Positions 24,340 through 37,399 of a stretch of 64,000 bases of DNA are shown in pieces. Each line of letters starts with the position of its first letter. The first letter of the stretch is position 1. Source of the DNA: Macrostomum lignano. Lineage: Eukaryota. A model generated the notes under the pieces. The model did not search any database. It was not told where the DNA came from and saw only the letters and a list, made by a program, of their open reading frames with translations. The stretch spans positions 62,001 through 126,000 of the forward strand of contig NIVC01002038.1 of NCBI GenBank assembly GCA_002269645.1, written 5' to 3'. Position numbers and translations under genes: made by a program.

Positions 24340-26939
24340 TTAGTTAGGCAACTCAGAGTCAGTCTGGTTGTAGTGGTAGCGGCCAACAAATGGGCACCAA
24401 GGCTTGCTTTTGGCATGCCTATCAACAACCTTGCTCACATTGTAGGCTATGGCACATCCCTTCAGGTCATAAAAAAATGGCCCACGGTGTGCAGTAAGGC
24501 CGCATTTAGCATTTCCAGTGAAAAAAACGTGGCCAGCCTCTTTTAAAAGACTCTCCATCTCCGGTGTTTTGATGGATGGCAGCATCCACCAAAGCTTCGA
24601 GCGAAGTGCAAGCGTCTCGTTGGACTGGCCGCCCTGCTGCTGCTGGGAGCGCATTGTTGAGTAAAATGTTTCTACCATGGCTTCTGAAATTGTTTTGATT
24701 ATATTTTAGTAACTCAAAGACACTAATTTGATGCTCTAGTCTCTAGATATATAACAACTCACCAGTGCCACTCCTGTGTAATGCAAAATCCAAGAGGCGG
24801 CATGCAAAGTGACCAGCGGCTCCAAATATTTTGGCATCTGCGTACAAGGACTGATAAATGGCAGTGTCGTTCAGGCGTACTCGTTGCCGGTGCCCAGACT
24901 CTTTCATAATGTTGAAAAGAGTTGCAAGTTTGCACTTAGAGTCCTCGCTCCTGCAAGCCAACACTGCAAGGATAGGCTCTGTTATTGCTGGAGTCAGCCA
25001 GGTCTTGCGCCCAGTGCCGGACTTAAATGCGTTGTGCAGGCAGCTAATGTAGGATGCCATATACTTTCTCGACAGCAGAGCGTTCAGCTGCAGATGATCG
25101 GAGCGCACCGCCTGCTGAACCAGATGCTGAGCCACAATAGACGTGGTGTATTGCTCAATGCTGAGGTCCAGATTGTCGGACATCAGTAGAGACAGCACCT
25201 CACCCACATCCATCACGGTGGAGTCGGCAGCCACGGCATTATTGCAGGTCGCAAATCGATTCCTCAGGCTATTGCAAAGTGCGCTGGCAAGATCGACAAT
25301 TTCTGCCTCCATGTCGGCATGATCGCGGGCAGACCAAATAACTTCCCGGGTGCCGTTGGAAATTGAAATGCAATCCAAAAGCATAAAAAGTACTGTAAAT
25401 AGCATCAGTTTCGCTCTCGCGTGCGCGTGAACTTATGTGTTTTATGCTCAATGTACAATTGCTAGTGTACATTGCAAAATCAAAAATAAAATATCTCGCT
25501 TGGCTTTAGCCACTTTGTGTTTTCTCGGACTAGCTCAAACCTGCCTTTTGCTTAGTTTACAGTACAGACGAGATCTCTCGAACATTCATTTAATCTACCA
25601 ACCAAGAACCATCTCACCAACAGCAATCTCACCTGGACGATCTCCATTAGCTGGCAAAGTGGAGAGGTAAGGTCAAGCAGCACCAATAAATCAAACACGA
25701 AGTCGCATCCGAACATTTGATACTGCAAAGTTTCTTCGTCTTTGCATTTGGGGTTTTTGGCTCGGAATGCCGCATGTAGCGCCTGCATAAATGGTAAAAA
25801 AGGTAACAAATGGTATTGAAAACATGCAATGTTAAGATGGGAAGCTAAGGATTAGTCATTTTCCAAATGTAACCCTTTTTGCATAGGTAAGCATTGAAAA
25901 TTGCAACCAGAGTCACAAATATGCATTTGAAATTGAAACCAAATTTGCATCAGAACCCAGCTTACGCCATACGAAGCATTGATGGCCTCCCACTGCTTCA
26001 ACGCCGAGCTCAAAAAGCGGTGAGTCGAAAACGTTGCAATTGCCCTAGCGCCCTCCTCGGTCGCTTTTTCAAGAGCAGCAAAGCCGCGGCCGCGACCAAA
26101 ATGATGTGAAAACTGATTTGCGTGCGTGACAAACCGACGGAAGAAACCTTTGTTGCGGGCATCGCGAACGTCGGTAGCGGCCAAATTTAAGTAGTGGGCC
26201 GCATCCCAGCAAATTGGTAAGCCTTCTTCGTCGTCGGGATCAATTCCCAGCTGCCTGCACAACTCTCCCTGGAACCGGCTGTTTACAACGTACTGGCCGT
26301 CAGCAACGACACCAACCACACTACGAAGCGGCGGATCAAGGTTGCTCACAGTTTTCAACGCCAGCTTTGCCAGGGCTTCGCCAGTCGCATTCATTTCAGC
26401 ATCGTATACTTGTGGTGCACCGGCAGGTACAGCGAGAGCTGTAGAGTAGAGTTAGTAGAGTTTGTACAATTAAGGCATCATGCCGAGAAAACTGTGCTTT
26501 TTGGGAACCATCAGGATCAGATGAATGATGGCGTTCACTATGGCGATTCTTGGCACAAAAATTGGATCGGCTAATTCCACAGTTTGCAAGTGGCTTATTG
26601 TCAGCCAGGCAGACAATGCAGTAATGCAAGTCTCGAATCTTGCTTCTCATCCTAGGTCTTTTAGCATTGCTTGCTGTAGGCATTGATGGAGTCAATCCTT
26701 TTTGATCTATAACTGGCCCTTGATCTTGCAAAGACAATGCTGCTGTTGTTGATGGACTTGATATTGATATTTTCTGCAGGACGCTCTGTCCCCCAAAAGG
26801 GTGGCAGAGCGTATCTCTGTCGCTGTGGCATGATCGCAGAAGTTTGATGTTGCTGCATAAGTTTGCTCAATTGTTCTGCCAATTGTGTCGTATCACTACT
26901 ACAAGTAGTCAATAGTGGGGCACTTGCTTTCCATTGCAT
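24340..26939 (-). mobile_element. Intron-containing hAT-superfamily transposase gene (WDxxH variant), probably damaged
   Basis: Zn finger CIVC...RHSERHH, then VVADGQY and CWDAAHYLNLA. C-terminal GTEAMVETFYSTM..SNETLALRSKL is assembled across a GT-AG intron. GT-AG intron at 25945-25783 (phase 0), plus a donor at 25632. Confidence 0.75.
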
Positions 26940-27059
26940 GCCGCAATGAATTAGTTGTTCCTCTGTCTCAATGGTTTCTCTTAACAGCCTGTCTCGCAGC
27001 GAAGGTTGAGTATTACTAATGACATGGAGGATTAGACCTTGTTCTTGGTCAGCAAGGCG

Positions 27060-27554
27060 TTGTCTTTCTCGTGCAGCTATTTCTGCTGGTCCGATAGGCT
27101 AAGCTCCTGGGTTCGGCGGTGGTGGCTGGTGCAACGCTTTAATAATTTTGCGAACATCATCGACGAAAGTAAGGAAGGATTCCGTCGGACTTATTTTTCC
27201 GTTATGAAGTTTGTGTAGAACTAGAAGCACAGATCGATTGTTTCCACATCTGGCGAATTGTGCTCTCAGTCGTGTAACTAAAGTATGATAGTCTTGCTGT
27301 GCCGCGGCATTTAAATTGCCATACATTTCTCCAGCAGTACCTTCTAGCAGTGGAGGAAGAAGAAGTGCTTTTTATGGATTTAGTGGTCCATATTCGCGAG
27401 TTACAAGGTCGAAGTGTTCAATGAAGGTGTTGAAATCCTTATCCATGGTATACATTCCAACAGTTTCCTTGACATCGCGATGCACTGTAGGGTGTCTTCG
27501 AGCCATATTTTCAAATGGAAACGGCAAAAGGACAAGATCCGGATCAATTTCCAA
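27060..27554 (-). pseudogene. Ty3/Gypsy gag fragment
   Basis: FNTFIEHFDLV...LLEGTAGEMY..L.....DYHTLVTRLRAQF...ESFLTFVDDVRKI resembles Retrotrans_gag. One in-frame stop. Confidence 0.7.
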
Positions 27555-27799
27555 AGGATTTTCCAGATTGAACTTTCAATGTGGTGTTGCGTGGGTGTGC
27601 GTATGTGTGCAAGCTCTTATTTACTTAAGAGAAAAGACACGGAGCAAAAAATTCTGTGTTGCCTTTACCAAAGAAAGAAATTGAGATAAGATTCAAATTC
27701 CTCTCAAGGCTGCTTATTGGCCAGAAAGATGACGTGATTAAAGCGTGAGAAATGATAACAACCATGATAGTACTATGTCCCACAAACTGGCTTTCGAAG

Positions 27800-29182
27800 C
27801 AGGGATCGGCAGATTTTTTACGTCAAAGGCCAGATAAAGAATCAAGCTCATGGCTGCGGGCCATATGAGAGTGAAAAGGAGAAGGAATAGACTATTAGAA
27901 AGAGCGGAGGGGCGAGGGGAGGATCAGAGAAAAGATAAAAAATAATAAGAGAGACGAGGGGGTGAGAAGAAAGCAGAGAATATAGGAGGAAGAAGCGAAA
28001 GGAGGGATAGAAGAGGGAGAGGAAAGAGTAGAGGTAATAAGAGGGAAAAAAGAAGAGTTAAGAGATGAGACAGAGAATCGATGAGAGAGGAGGGTAGAGA
28101 AGAGTGAGAAGAGAGTAGAGATGAGTAGACATAAGAGAACAGAGAGGAGATGAGAGGAGGGTAGAGAAGAGTGAGAAGAGAGTAGAGATGAGTAGACATG
28201 AGAGAACAGAGAGGAGATAAGAGAGGATTGAGAGTAGCAATTAGAAATGACAGAGAAGAGAGGAGATAAGAGGGGGAGAGAGGAGTGAGAAGAGGAGAGA
28301 GATGAGATAGAGTTGCGAAAGAAAAGAGGAGAAAGGAGAGATGATAGAGTAAAGGGAAGAGGAGGACAGAGGAAAGAGATGAGATTGTAGAGATAAGAGA
28401 GATGAAAGGAAAGCTGAAAGAGTAGAGATGAAAGATAAAGGAAGAGAGAGCAGAATGCAAAGACGAGAGAAGAGAATAGAGGGAGAGAGTAGAGGAGAAA
28501 AAAGAGAAGTAAGGAAAGAGAGGAGTCAGAAGAGGGGAAAGAGAAGACTACACCGGAGAGAACATATAAGAGTAAAGATGACAGATGAGAGAAAGGAGAT
28601 GAGAGAGCAGAAGCGAGAGATGGGAGAGTAGAGAAAAAAGAGGAGAGATATATAAGAATTGAGGTGAGAGGTGCACCCGGAGACAAAGGAAGATGAGAAG
28701 TGATTGAGGAGAGAGGAGTGGAGGGAAGAGAATCGAGAGGACAGGGGAAATTGGCGGAAAGGACGAGAGAGGAAAGGAAAGAGGAGAATGAAGAGGGGAG
28801 AGGAGAGATAAAAGAGAGCGAAAGAGAGAGAGAGAGAGAGAGAGAGCAGAGCAGAGAGAAACGAGAAGAGATAGGAGAGAAAGATAAAAGAAGAGAAAGG
28901 AGAGATGAGAGAGCAGACGAGAGAGGTGAGGGAAGAGACGAGAGACGAGGGGAGAGAGCAGAGATAAAACAAGAAAAGAGATGAGAGGAAAGAGAGAGAG
29001 GAAAGACTAGAGAGGAGAAGGAAGAGACGAGAGAAGAGGGGAGAGAGGAGAGAAGACACAGAAAAAAAGGAGAGACGAGGGACGAGAGAGAAGAGAGGAA
29101 ACAGAAAATGAGATACAAGTTGCAATCGATCCAAGGTACGTATTGAGAGTCAGAGGCAGAGGCCAGAGTTTGCCAATACATG
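27800..29182. mobile_element. hAT/Charlie-like MITE whose interior is a ~1.2-kb GA-rich polypurine tract (27885-29110)
   Basis: Left end CAGGGATCGGCAGATTTTTT..AAGGCCAGA and right end GGCCAGAGTTTGCCAATACATG. Imperfect 8-bp flanks TTTCGAAG / TTTTAGAG. Confidence 0.55.
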
Positions 29183-29360
29183 TTTTAGAGTCAGACAGAC
29201 ATTGCCCGACATTCTGCGCAGCACTTACCCCAGCCAACAATATCAAATGTTTGCCTCAAATGCTAATTTTACACGAATGTACTCCATTTTATGTTTACTC
29301 TATCCTACTAACTATTAAGAAGTTTTTGCTAGAGTATAGCCTTAGCCCTCAGATCTCAGA

Positions 29361-30003
29361 GCACATGCACAAATATTTCCGGGAATCGGAATTCCCCGGG
29401 TTTAAAATCCACGGGTTTCAACAGCTTGTGAACAATTGAATTCTCTAAGTTTCTGTGTATCCATACATGTATCCATAATGTAATCATTGTGCATGTGCAT
29501 GTGCATTTGCAGGCGCTTGTGCATGTACTCCAGTAATTTAATTGTGCGAATGAGTAATCGCTATTTTAGGTATTAGTAATTTACATTATTGCACGTTATC
29601 CTAGGAGCCCTACCACACTTTCACAGCGAGTCGTCCTCGTAGCAGTGCCCGAGCGGTAAGACACTGAACAAAATTTTCCTAGTCTACTCGTAATTATTAT
29701 TCCTTTTCGATAAACTTTCGATTCCACTGTCAATAAGAAAGTGATGACACCTAAGCATGTGGAGAGTACATGTAGAGAATTGTAACATTTTTTATATTTT
29801 AAGTTTTCATTAATATAGTTAGTGATGGTTTGTCCCTGTCAGCTGCAACAGCACATAAAGGCTCTGAGCCAGTGTCCTAGCCTCATCAGAAAGAAAGATG
29901 ATGTTTTCTTTTCCTGGCTGTTGCCAGGCTGTTCACAAGCTGTTGAAACCCGTGGATTTTAAACCCGGGGAATTCCGATTCCCGGAAATATTTGTGCATG
30001 TGC
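29361..30003. mobile_element. Foldback/MITE-like element with a perfect 74-bp inverted repeat (29361-29434 / 29930-30003)
   Basis: GCACATGCACAAATATTTCCGGGAATCGGAATTCCCCGGGTTTAAAATCCACGGGTTTCAACAGCTTGTGAACA and its exact reverse complement. Confidence 0.85.
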
Positions 30004-30249
30004 ATGTGCAATTCGCGCCTCAGCTTTTCAATATTCAGTTCGAGTTTGACTACAGACTTCAGTTAAAGTTCAGATTCCCGGATTTATTTGCGCAATTTTT
30101 ACTCCAACTCACAAACTATCTCTTTCAAGTCTGCTTCTAGTCGATGTCACTTTGATGGTCTGGTGATGGTCGAGATCCGTTTTTTTGTTTTTTTGCCTGT
30201 GATCCGTTTTTTTCTGCTTCCTCTTTTCCTGATCATGCTGGCGTTGCAG

Positions 30250-30450
30250 TTGTTGGCTGCGGAGTGCGGCAAGCTTGAGGGGTATCCAGCCGATCTCCCC
30301 CAAGAGCGGCGCCACCAGTTGACCATTGGCGAGGTCCTTCAGTCCAGTAATTCCAATCTGACGTCGAACCCCATCAAGGGCCGGGCAGCTGAACAGGTGG
30401 TACTGTTCCACCTGCAGGCCGCATCGAGCGCAGGTGGCGTGGTCTAATTG
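30250..30450 (-). pseudogene. LINE ORF2 C-terminal remnant
   Basis: EQYHLFSCPALDGVRRQIGI resembles the H-x2-3-C-P-A-L-x3-R terminal motif of LINE ORF2. Confidence 0.4.
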
Positions 30451-31959
30451 TCCGATCCTGCGCTGTGGCGTTGCAGTTGCTGCTGCTCATTTTGCTGCTG
30501 AATGCTTAGATGAGCTTGCTGCTTGACACCAATCCAATCCTTTCACTAGGGAAAGGACATGATCAAGGACGTCAGAAATGGAGGCCTCCAGCTTCGATAA
30601 TATTTTGTTGCCAGATAAAGCCGTCATTCAGTGATTGTTTCCTTTGTTTCATTTTTTATGAAAGTGCATGCAAATGTGATACTACTTTTGAGACATTCCT
30701 TAAATCCCGTCGGTCAGTAAGTACGATTTTTAGAGACAGAAAGTCCGTGTAAATCAGACAATTTTAAAGAATTTACAAACTTTTTACCGAATTTTCTCCA
30801 TTCGATTAAGCGAGAACTTTCGCCGATGTTAAACCAAATAAAAAAATAAAAAGGCTTGTTTTATAACGAATTTTCTTAGTCTTTACCCTATTTAAAAAGA
30901 CGGAAGAACATCTCGATTTTTTCTCTTTTTTTCTGATGTAGAAACGGTCGCTACGTGTCAAGATTTTTTAATAAAAAGTAAATAATTGTTTTCGCCGATT
31001 TTCCAAGAGACAATAGGACAACATTCGTAAAATTTTACTAAAAATCTAACCGTTTTTGCCGAATTCTTCTAAGAAGGTATTGTATCCACTTAGTCCGATT
31101 TGTTCCAGATGAAATATTTTACATATTATGGGTTCCCCCATAAACGTTTCCTTCTGCCAACAGTTCAGGAAGATAGCAAACAATTGACTCGATAGTACTT
31201 TCTCTGTGTGATCCCTAGAGTCACATTCTTTAACTTCTTGCGAGGATCGTTCCTCTTCAATCAGTATATTTTATAAGCTAACGCACTGTACGCGAGCAAA
31301 GAGGAATAGGAGCAGTAGGGGGAGAAAGTGGAATTTTGAGGCCCAGTAGGCAGTGTCAGCCAAAGGTGGTTCATGCATCACGCGAGGGCCGCATGGCTAG
31401 GCTTCTTGCTCGCCGATCATCGGCTTTTTTTAGGCTTGCAGCCGTTACAGATTTTCTGCATTTAAGGAGATGCTGCCAAGGCTGGATGCTTGTTCACGCA
31501 TCACGCGCGTGTCGGCTGATTTCTCCCACTCTCTTGCTAACGGCACTTTCACTACACAATAAATCGTTCCGTTATTGCTCCGTTTATACCATAAAAATCG
31601 TTTCGTCGGTGCCCGCCATGCAGGTATCCGCTGGGAACTGGACCTCTCCTTTGCCTGTTTGCGGTATAATAATACCACAAATGACAATTGTGGTATGCAT
31701 GAATTTTTACGAGTATATGTATTCGAAGTGATTCCATTCTTTCAAAATGAGCAAGCACACAAGTAGAATGTATTGATAGTATTTTGACTAAACTGATTAG
31801 TGACAAGATTGGCGACCGAATCAATGGTTGAGGCTAACTGCTAGAATTTTTTAATTTTTATGAGTTTTAATGAACTATGAATTTATTGAACTTTTTAATG
31901 ATGCAGAATACAAAAAAGTCATACAGCTGTCTATGACTACGCCGCCCTATCAGCTGCAT

Positions 31960-32726
31960 CCTTCGGAACTGTGCCTCATTTAAAGCGGCAACGCTAGCCT
32001 TCTTCGCACGATCTCATGCCCGGAGGGTGTCAACGCAAGTTGTGTACGCGCTCTGTAACTCAACCAGTGGTACGTCTAGTTTTTTGTGTGTACAGTGCTG
32101 AAGGATAATCTCCTTCTTCACTTCATCCGCCTTCTTAGTCCTTTCCGGACGTGTGTCGACCGGTAAAGGTGGCGTTGCAAAGTTCTTTTTCAGTAAAGAA
32201 GTGCAAACCATCGCATTCAAAAGCTTTCGTCGAGCTGATGCCTGCTTTGGCTTCCTGCACTAGCTTGTGGGCCGTATCGCGGTCAATCTGTCGCACGACG
32301 ACATGCGGCAGTGCGTCGCACAGGGGCACTAGACGCACGACACTACTGCTGTACTTTTTGTGGGTGCTCAGGTAAATTTACAGCGTTACCCGGCTCATCC
32401 GCCAAGATGGAGCGCAAGTAGTCTACAGGCCGCACGCTTTCAGCCGTCGATGTCAGCAAAGCGGCAACGCGCAGATATGTTCGCTTAACGCCAATAACGT
32501 CCGCTCGATCGAGGGCGTCAAACACTCCGATCAGCGGGTGAAGTCTCACTGTCCGCTGCACGCCCGCTGCATCCGCGTATGGGACACCAATCACACCATC
32601 CAAGCGAAGCCCGTTCAACATTGGTACAACCAATGGCATAAATTGGAAAGCACGTAGCTTCACTAGAGAACAAAAAATATACAGAATTGCTTTGAAATTG
32701 TAATCGAATGAAGCAATCTTGCGCAA
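31960..32726 (-). pseudogene. Frameshifted BEN-domain ORF, likely the accessory gene of the adjacent CMC transposon
   Basis: LHFFTEKELCNATFTGRHTSGKD/KKADEVKKEIILQHC fits the BEN pattern (F-x2-E-L-x3-4-G...LD-x2-K-x3-I). Confidence 0.55.
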
Positions 32727-33399
32727 TCATTGCAATTTAATTGTCAAAAATTGCAATAATTTGCAATTCGAATAGCAACTTTCTTGCAATTTTAGCATTT
32801 CTCACAATTTAATTACAATTTTTTACTAATATGTCGTACGTAAATTGCAATTGTTTAAATCTTTGTGTTTCTTTATTTGTACTACTAGTAGTGTAATGCA
32901 ACTTCTGCCCCATGCTTTTCACACTCGTTAATTATCTACAAAAAGACCAAGTCAACAGAGAGAAGGCGTTCAAAGTTCAAAATTCAGTTAATTCAATGAA
33001 TTATTCAATTCAATTCAACTAATATTCAATAACACGCAACGAAAAATGTATTTTTTTCCAAATAGGAACTGCATATGTTGAAGCAAACAAAGAAAAAGTA
33101 AACAGGTTGATTATCATCGACTAACTTTCAGCTTGATGGCAAATGCAACATACAAAACTAGCCATACTCTGAAACACAATTGTCGACAGAAAAAAGCGAA
33201 ATGTTGGGGTCTTCGAGGATATTTTGATATACAACGCATGAGTAAAGAATGTTAATAGAAGGAATAGCAGCAATACGGGTAGTGGGTTTACCAAAAAAGA
33301 ACATTTTATTAGCTAAATCTAATGCAACATTGAAAACAGACTGATCAGAGTCATTACTGTGAGAGGAAAAAAAATCCTTCTAAAACCCGCTCATACAGT

Positions 33400-35530
33400 C
33401 TAACACGCGCATGAAACAAGCCACTATTGTTTCTCGCAAATGAAATGATTTTACCAAACGATCCAGTTTTATAGTAATAAAAACAAGATACATTTGAATC
33501 CTTCCTGAAAGCATACACACGTCGATCATCAATAGATATACAATGGCAGGAGTGAAATGTAATTTTGCATTCGCTACCCTAAAATTCAGCTTTGGTAATA
33601 CCAAGGAAGGATAACACTTTGCTTTTCTCAGAAATATCGTTGCGCGAGAGGCAGTAAGAACAAAACTTAGCAAGTAAAAACTTTTTACAAGCCTGCTTGA
33701 TATGAAACCGCGTGCCTTTGCAATATTTTTTTATATTAACAAATTTGTTCTCAAATGAAAACATTGAATAGCGACTCATGGGTCCAAAGCGAGCAATTTG
33801 TGGGGGCAAGTGGAAAAGCAAGTAAAAGTTTAAAGTATAAATATTTTTGTCGAAAGAAATTCCAAGTTGAGTCATACATAGGCCAACAATCGATTCAAGC
33901 TGATCCGCAAAATCCGCAGCATCAAAAACGTTCGCAATACGGCAAATAATGCAAAACAACAACAGACTATGGGCTTGCTGCTGCTTTTTCCTTCTTACAA
34001 GAAAAGCTGCAATAGCTGGCAAAAAAGTGCAGACTTACGAACTTGAAATCTCTAGCCTTCCAGCAAGCTCGCTCATTTATCATCAATGGCTTTGTGAGAT
34101 AACTTGGTAAAATAGCACCATGGAGCAGTAAATTTTTTTGAGCTAAGCTTCGGCCCAGAAAAAAAGATTGTTGCCAGTACTGACCATCAAATAAGAACTT
34201 TAGAATTGTTGAGGTACAATTCTTGTACAAAACATGAAGGCAAACAAATGAAAACAAATCATGAAAAACAGACATGCCTTTAATGCCCCAATCAGGACGA
34301 CACCCAGAGCGAATAACAATAGTAACACGCTTATTGTAAGTTTCTGAGTTCACTAAAACACCTAGATTTAGGAATTTTCGAAAATGTCCTCGGCCAACTT
34401 TAACAACTTTCCCCGGTGCATCACAGTATAGACAACCAAATTACCATTAAATTGTGTGTGCTCAAGTACACTGGCCATGGCTGGCAAGTCGAATACAAGA
34501 GAAAATATTTCTAGCTAAACAGGCACAAGCTCACCATTAATGACAAAGTTATGAGTTTCAAGAAAACCAATTTGGGCAAGCTATGAATTCAAAAACAAAT
34601 GCTAATTTGGTTTTTTATCACCAATAAAAATACCTAACATTAACATATTCTCAATTCTAGCTCGTAAAATTGGTGGCAAGTTGAGAATTTGAGCTTGAAC
34701 TAGCCAAATAGATTAAGATGAAAATGTAAAAAACTTGCCACCATCAGTAGACAAGTGAAGGTATAGCTTCAAAGGCTGACATTTAAGTTCAATATCTTTT
34801 AGAACATCAGTCTTGATCATTTCACTAGAGGAATACTCATAAATTGTCTGCAGATGTTGCTGTAGCACAAAAATAACTTGCAAAAATAGGTCAAGTTTAG
34901 CAATTTTTATTGTTGTGGAATTACAGCACTTTCGTAAAGGAGAGACTTCTTTGCACTGAGGGTTAGAGAAAATTTCTGTGAACTGAATGAACTTGTGGGG
35001 GGCAAAGACACGACGCATTGAAGTTTTGATTCGAGAAATGGTGATTGGAATTGTAACCACATTCATTAAAGTTAAAACATTTAACAACAAACAAACAGTT
35101 GATTGTGATGAACCAGATGACAAGACAATGTAAATAATAGCCATGCAAACTATTTCTCGGTTGTTTCTCATGTTAAGAGAGGAAAAGTAATCATGAACTT
35201 TGGTACACATTGCAGAATTAAGCAGCAACTCGAGGCTAGAGTTGGAGTTAGACTTTGACTTTGTTGGAGTTAGTTTTTGTTTCATCACTTGCTTCAACAA
35301 TATCATGTTGAGTACTTGCAGCAACATTGGTCTCCAACACAGCACTTGAATCGGAATCCATATCATCAACATGATTGAGTGAACTAAATGCATCCGAAAA
35401 TTCACGAGCCATTGCAAAATTTTTAAAATTCGTAGTTGTAAAAGTTGCAATTTGTAGAAGTTCAGTAGTAGTAGCTGCAGGAATTGTAGTAGTCAAGGTG
35501 ATAAATATTCATAAATTCGCAATATAGGCC
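33400..35530 (-). pseudogene. CMC-superfamily (CACTA/EnSpm/Mirage-like) transposase pseudogene
   Basis: LSTDGGKFF..S..SIW.V.AQILNLPPILR (~34.7 kb) and TLNFYLLFHLPPQIARFGPMSRYSMFSFENKF (~33.8 kb). Confidence 0.8.
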
Positions 35531-35539
35531 AATCAAGCT

Positions 35540-36850
35540 TTGATGAACGCCTCGTTGATGATAGCCCGGCGTTCCGACTCAATCATGGCCCTTAGAGTGA
35601 CGCTCTGCGGCGTGGCCCACGCTGTCACATCGAGGGGATCTACTTCTCTCTCCCAGCCTCTGCTGGACTGGCGGCCTTCCTTCGGGGCGCCAGTTGGCCG
35701 TTCTCTGCCCGAAGCGACTTCTCGGCGCGCCTGCAGAGGCCCTATCCCGTCCTCTGGTTGTTGGTTTTTCCAGTTATGTCGTCTTTCTTGGTGTAGGCTC
35801 TGTCCGGGGTCCGATAGTGGCTTGCATCTATCTTTAGCTCGTTAGATCGTATTTCGTATCTTTCTTTAGCAATGTGCGCCGGACGACGCCGGTGGATGCC
35901 GCAACCGGAGGAGTGGCCGATAAGGGCGCCGGCCTGGTGGCAACTCGGCCCTCCGGTCAAGGCGAGGAAGTGATTTCGGCCCCGAATGAATCGCTCGATG
36001 CAGATAGCGACAGCTGCTGTTCAAGCGGAATTTCAATGTCGCTCATGTCTGGGCTAGAATGTAGGTTTAAGAGCTAATGTAGGTATTGCAGTAATAATGT
36101 TGGCTTAATTGATTAATAATGAGCATTGCATACTAATTGCGGTAAATATGTTGAAAGCAGCAGAAAAATTCTTAATAAAGGCAGTGCAATTGATTGGCAA
36201 GGTAAAAATATAAATAGGCTCATTGCACTGTGTGAAATGCAGGCAATATCTAAAAAATTAAAGCTTTATAGTTGTGTGAAAAAATGGGAGCATTGCTGCA
36301 TTAAGCATCCCCTAATTTGATTATTACAGCTGCCCTAGGTGCACGCTGCGCACATTGGTATAAAAGTCTAGTGACCGGAGTCCTTTCTTCCTATATCTCG
36401 CAGGTGCTCACTCACCTGGAATGGCGACATTGGCCCTCTAGCCCGCTCTTCAGCATACTGCAGCGCTTAGGTACACGCCACCTCCATGCTCTGTACGCGC
36501 TCTGCGGCAGTGGCCTTGGCTAGGAACCTGGTGCATTCCGTCGGCACCATCGGGTCGTACAGGCCCGTGTTGGCGGTGCGCAGCAACCACTTCTTGAGCG
36601 CCTTGGTGCATTTCCGGAATTCCTTCTGGCTGGCACCTGATGACTGCTATCGTTTTCGGATTGCTCGGCCGCGGTGAGTGGGCCTGGAAGAACCTGGTGA
36701 CTTCCAGGATAGGCTCATTAGTCGCCGGAGCCGGCTCCCGCTCCTTCGGATCCTTGCCTGGCCGATCCTGTGATACTGGAGCCTCAACAGCTGGGCTCAA
36801 GACTTCTTCGATGTCTGAAAACTCAACGTCCAATAACATTTTCAAGAACT
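35540..36850 (-). pseudogene. Degenerate LTR-retrotransposon gag-like region mixed with AT-rich DNA
   Basis: GC-rich broken frames (KEFRKCTKALKKWLL..., degenerate knuckle CHQAGALIGHSSGC) with an AT-rich segment at 36080-36320. Confidence 0.35.
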
Positions 36851-37399
36851 CGTCGTGCTTTTTTTAATCTCCTCATGCTTCTTTGTCGCGTCCTCTAAAT
36901 CTACACTTCCTAAATCTATAACTAGATTTCCTTCCTTCCTCTATCGGCTCCATTTGACGGATCTTCTCAGGCTCGTCCGCCTGTTCTTCTACTCTCACCG
37001 AGCGCACTCTTAACGGCGGCTCATTCTCGTCGGTGTTGTTAGCTCTTCTCTTCCCAGAGTAAATTTATTTGGGTAAACGCGCTATGGGGCGTTAGCTATG
37101 ATGTTATTCGAGCTGGAAGAGTAGATAGGGGTTAAACAACTCCTTTACTCTCTGCACATAGGTTTTCTGACCTGGGTTTATGACTAGTCTATCCGGCTCC
37201 CGTCTGTCTCGAACTGGTCTTACTTCTCAGGCTGGCTGTTTATTATTATTTCGAGCTGTTAGATTATCTTCCTGTACTGGCATAACTTGCACTGGCATAA
37301 CCTGCACTGGCACTGGAACATTATTCTGATTCTGCACTGGCACAAACTGCACTTTTGCTTCCTGCTCACTCTTACTTACTCTCACTCGTACATAGGATT

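Noticed and set aside
27895-29181. 428-aa S/L/F-rich ORF and overlapping R/E-rich ORFs
   Set aside because: Artefacts of the polypurine/polypyrimidine tract.
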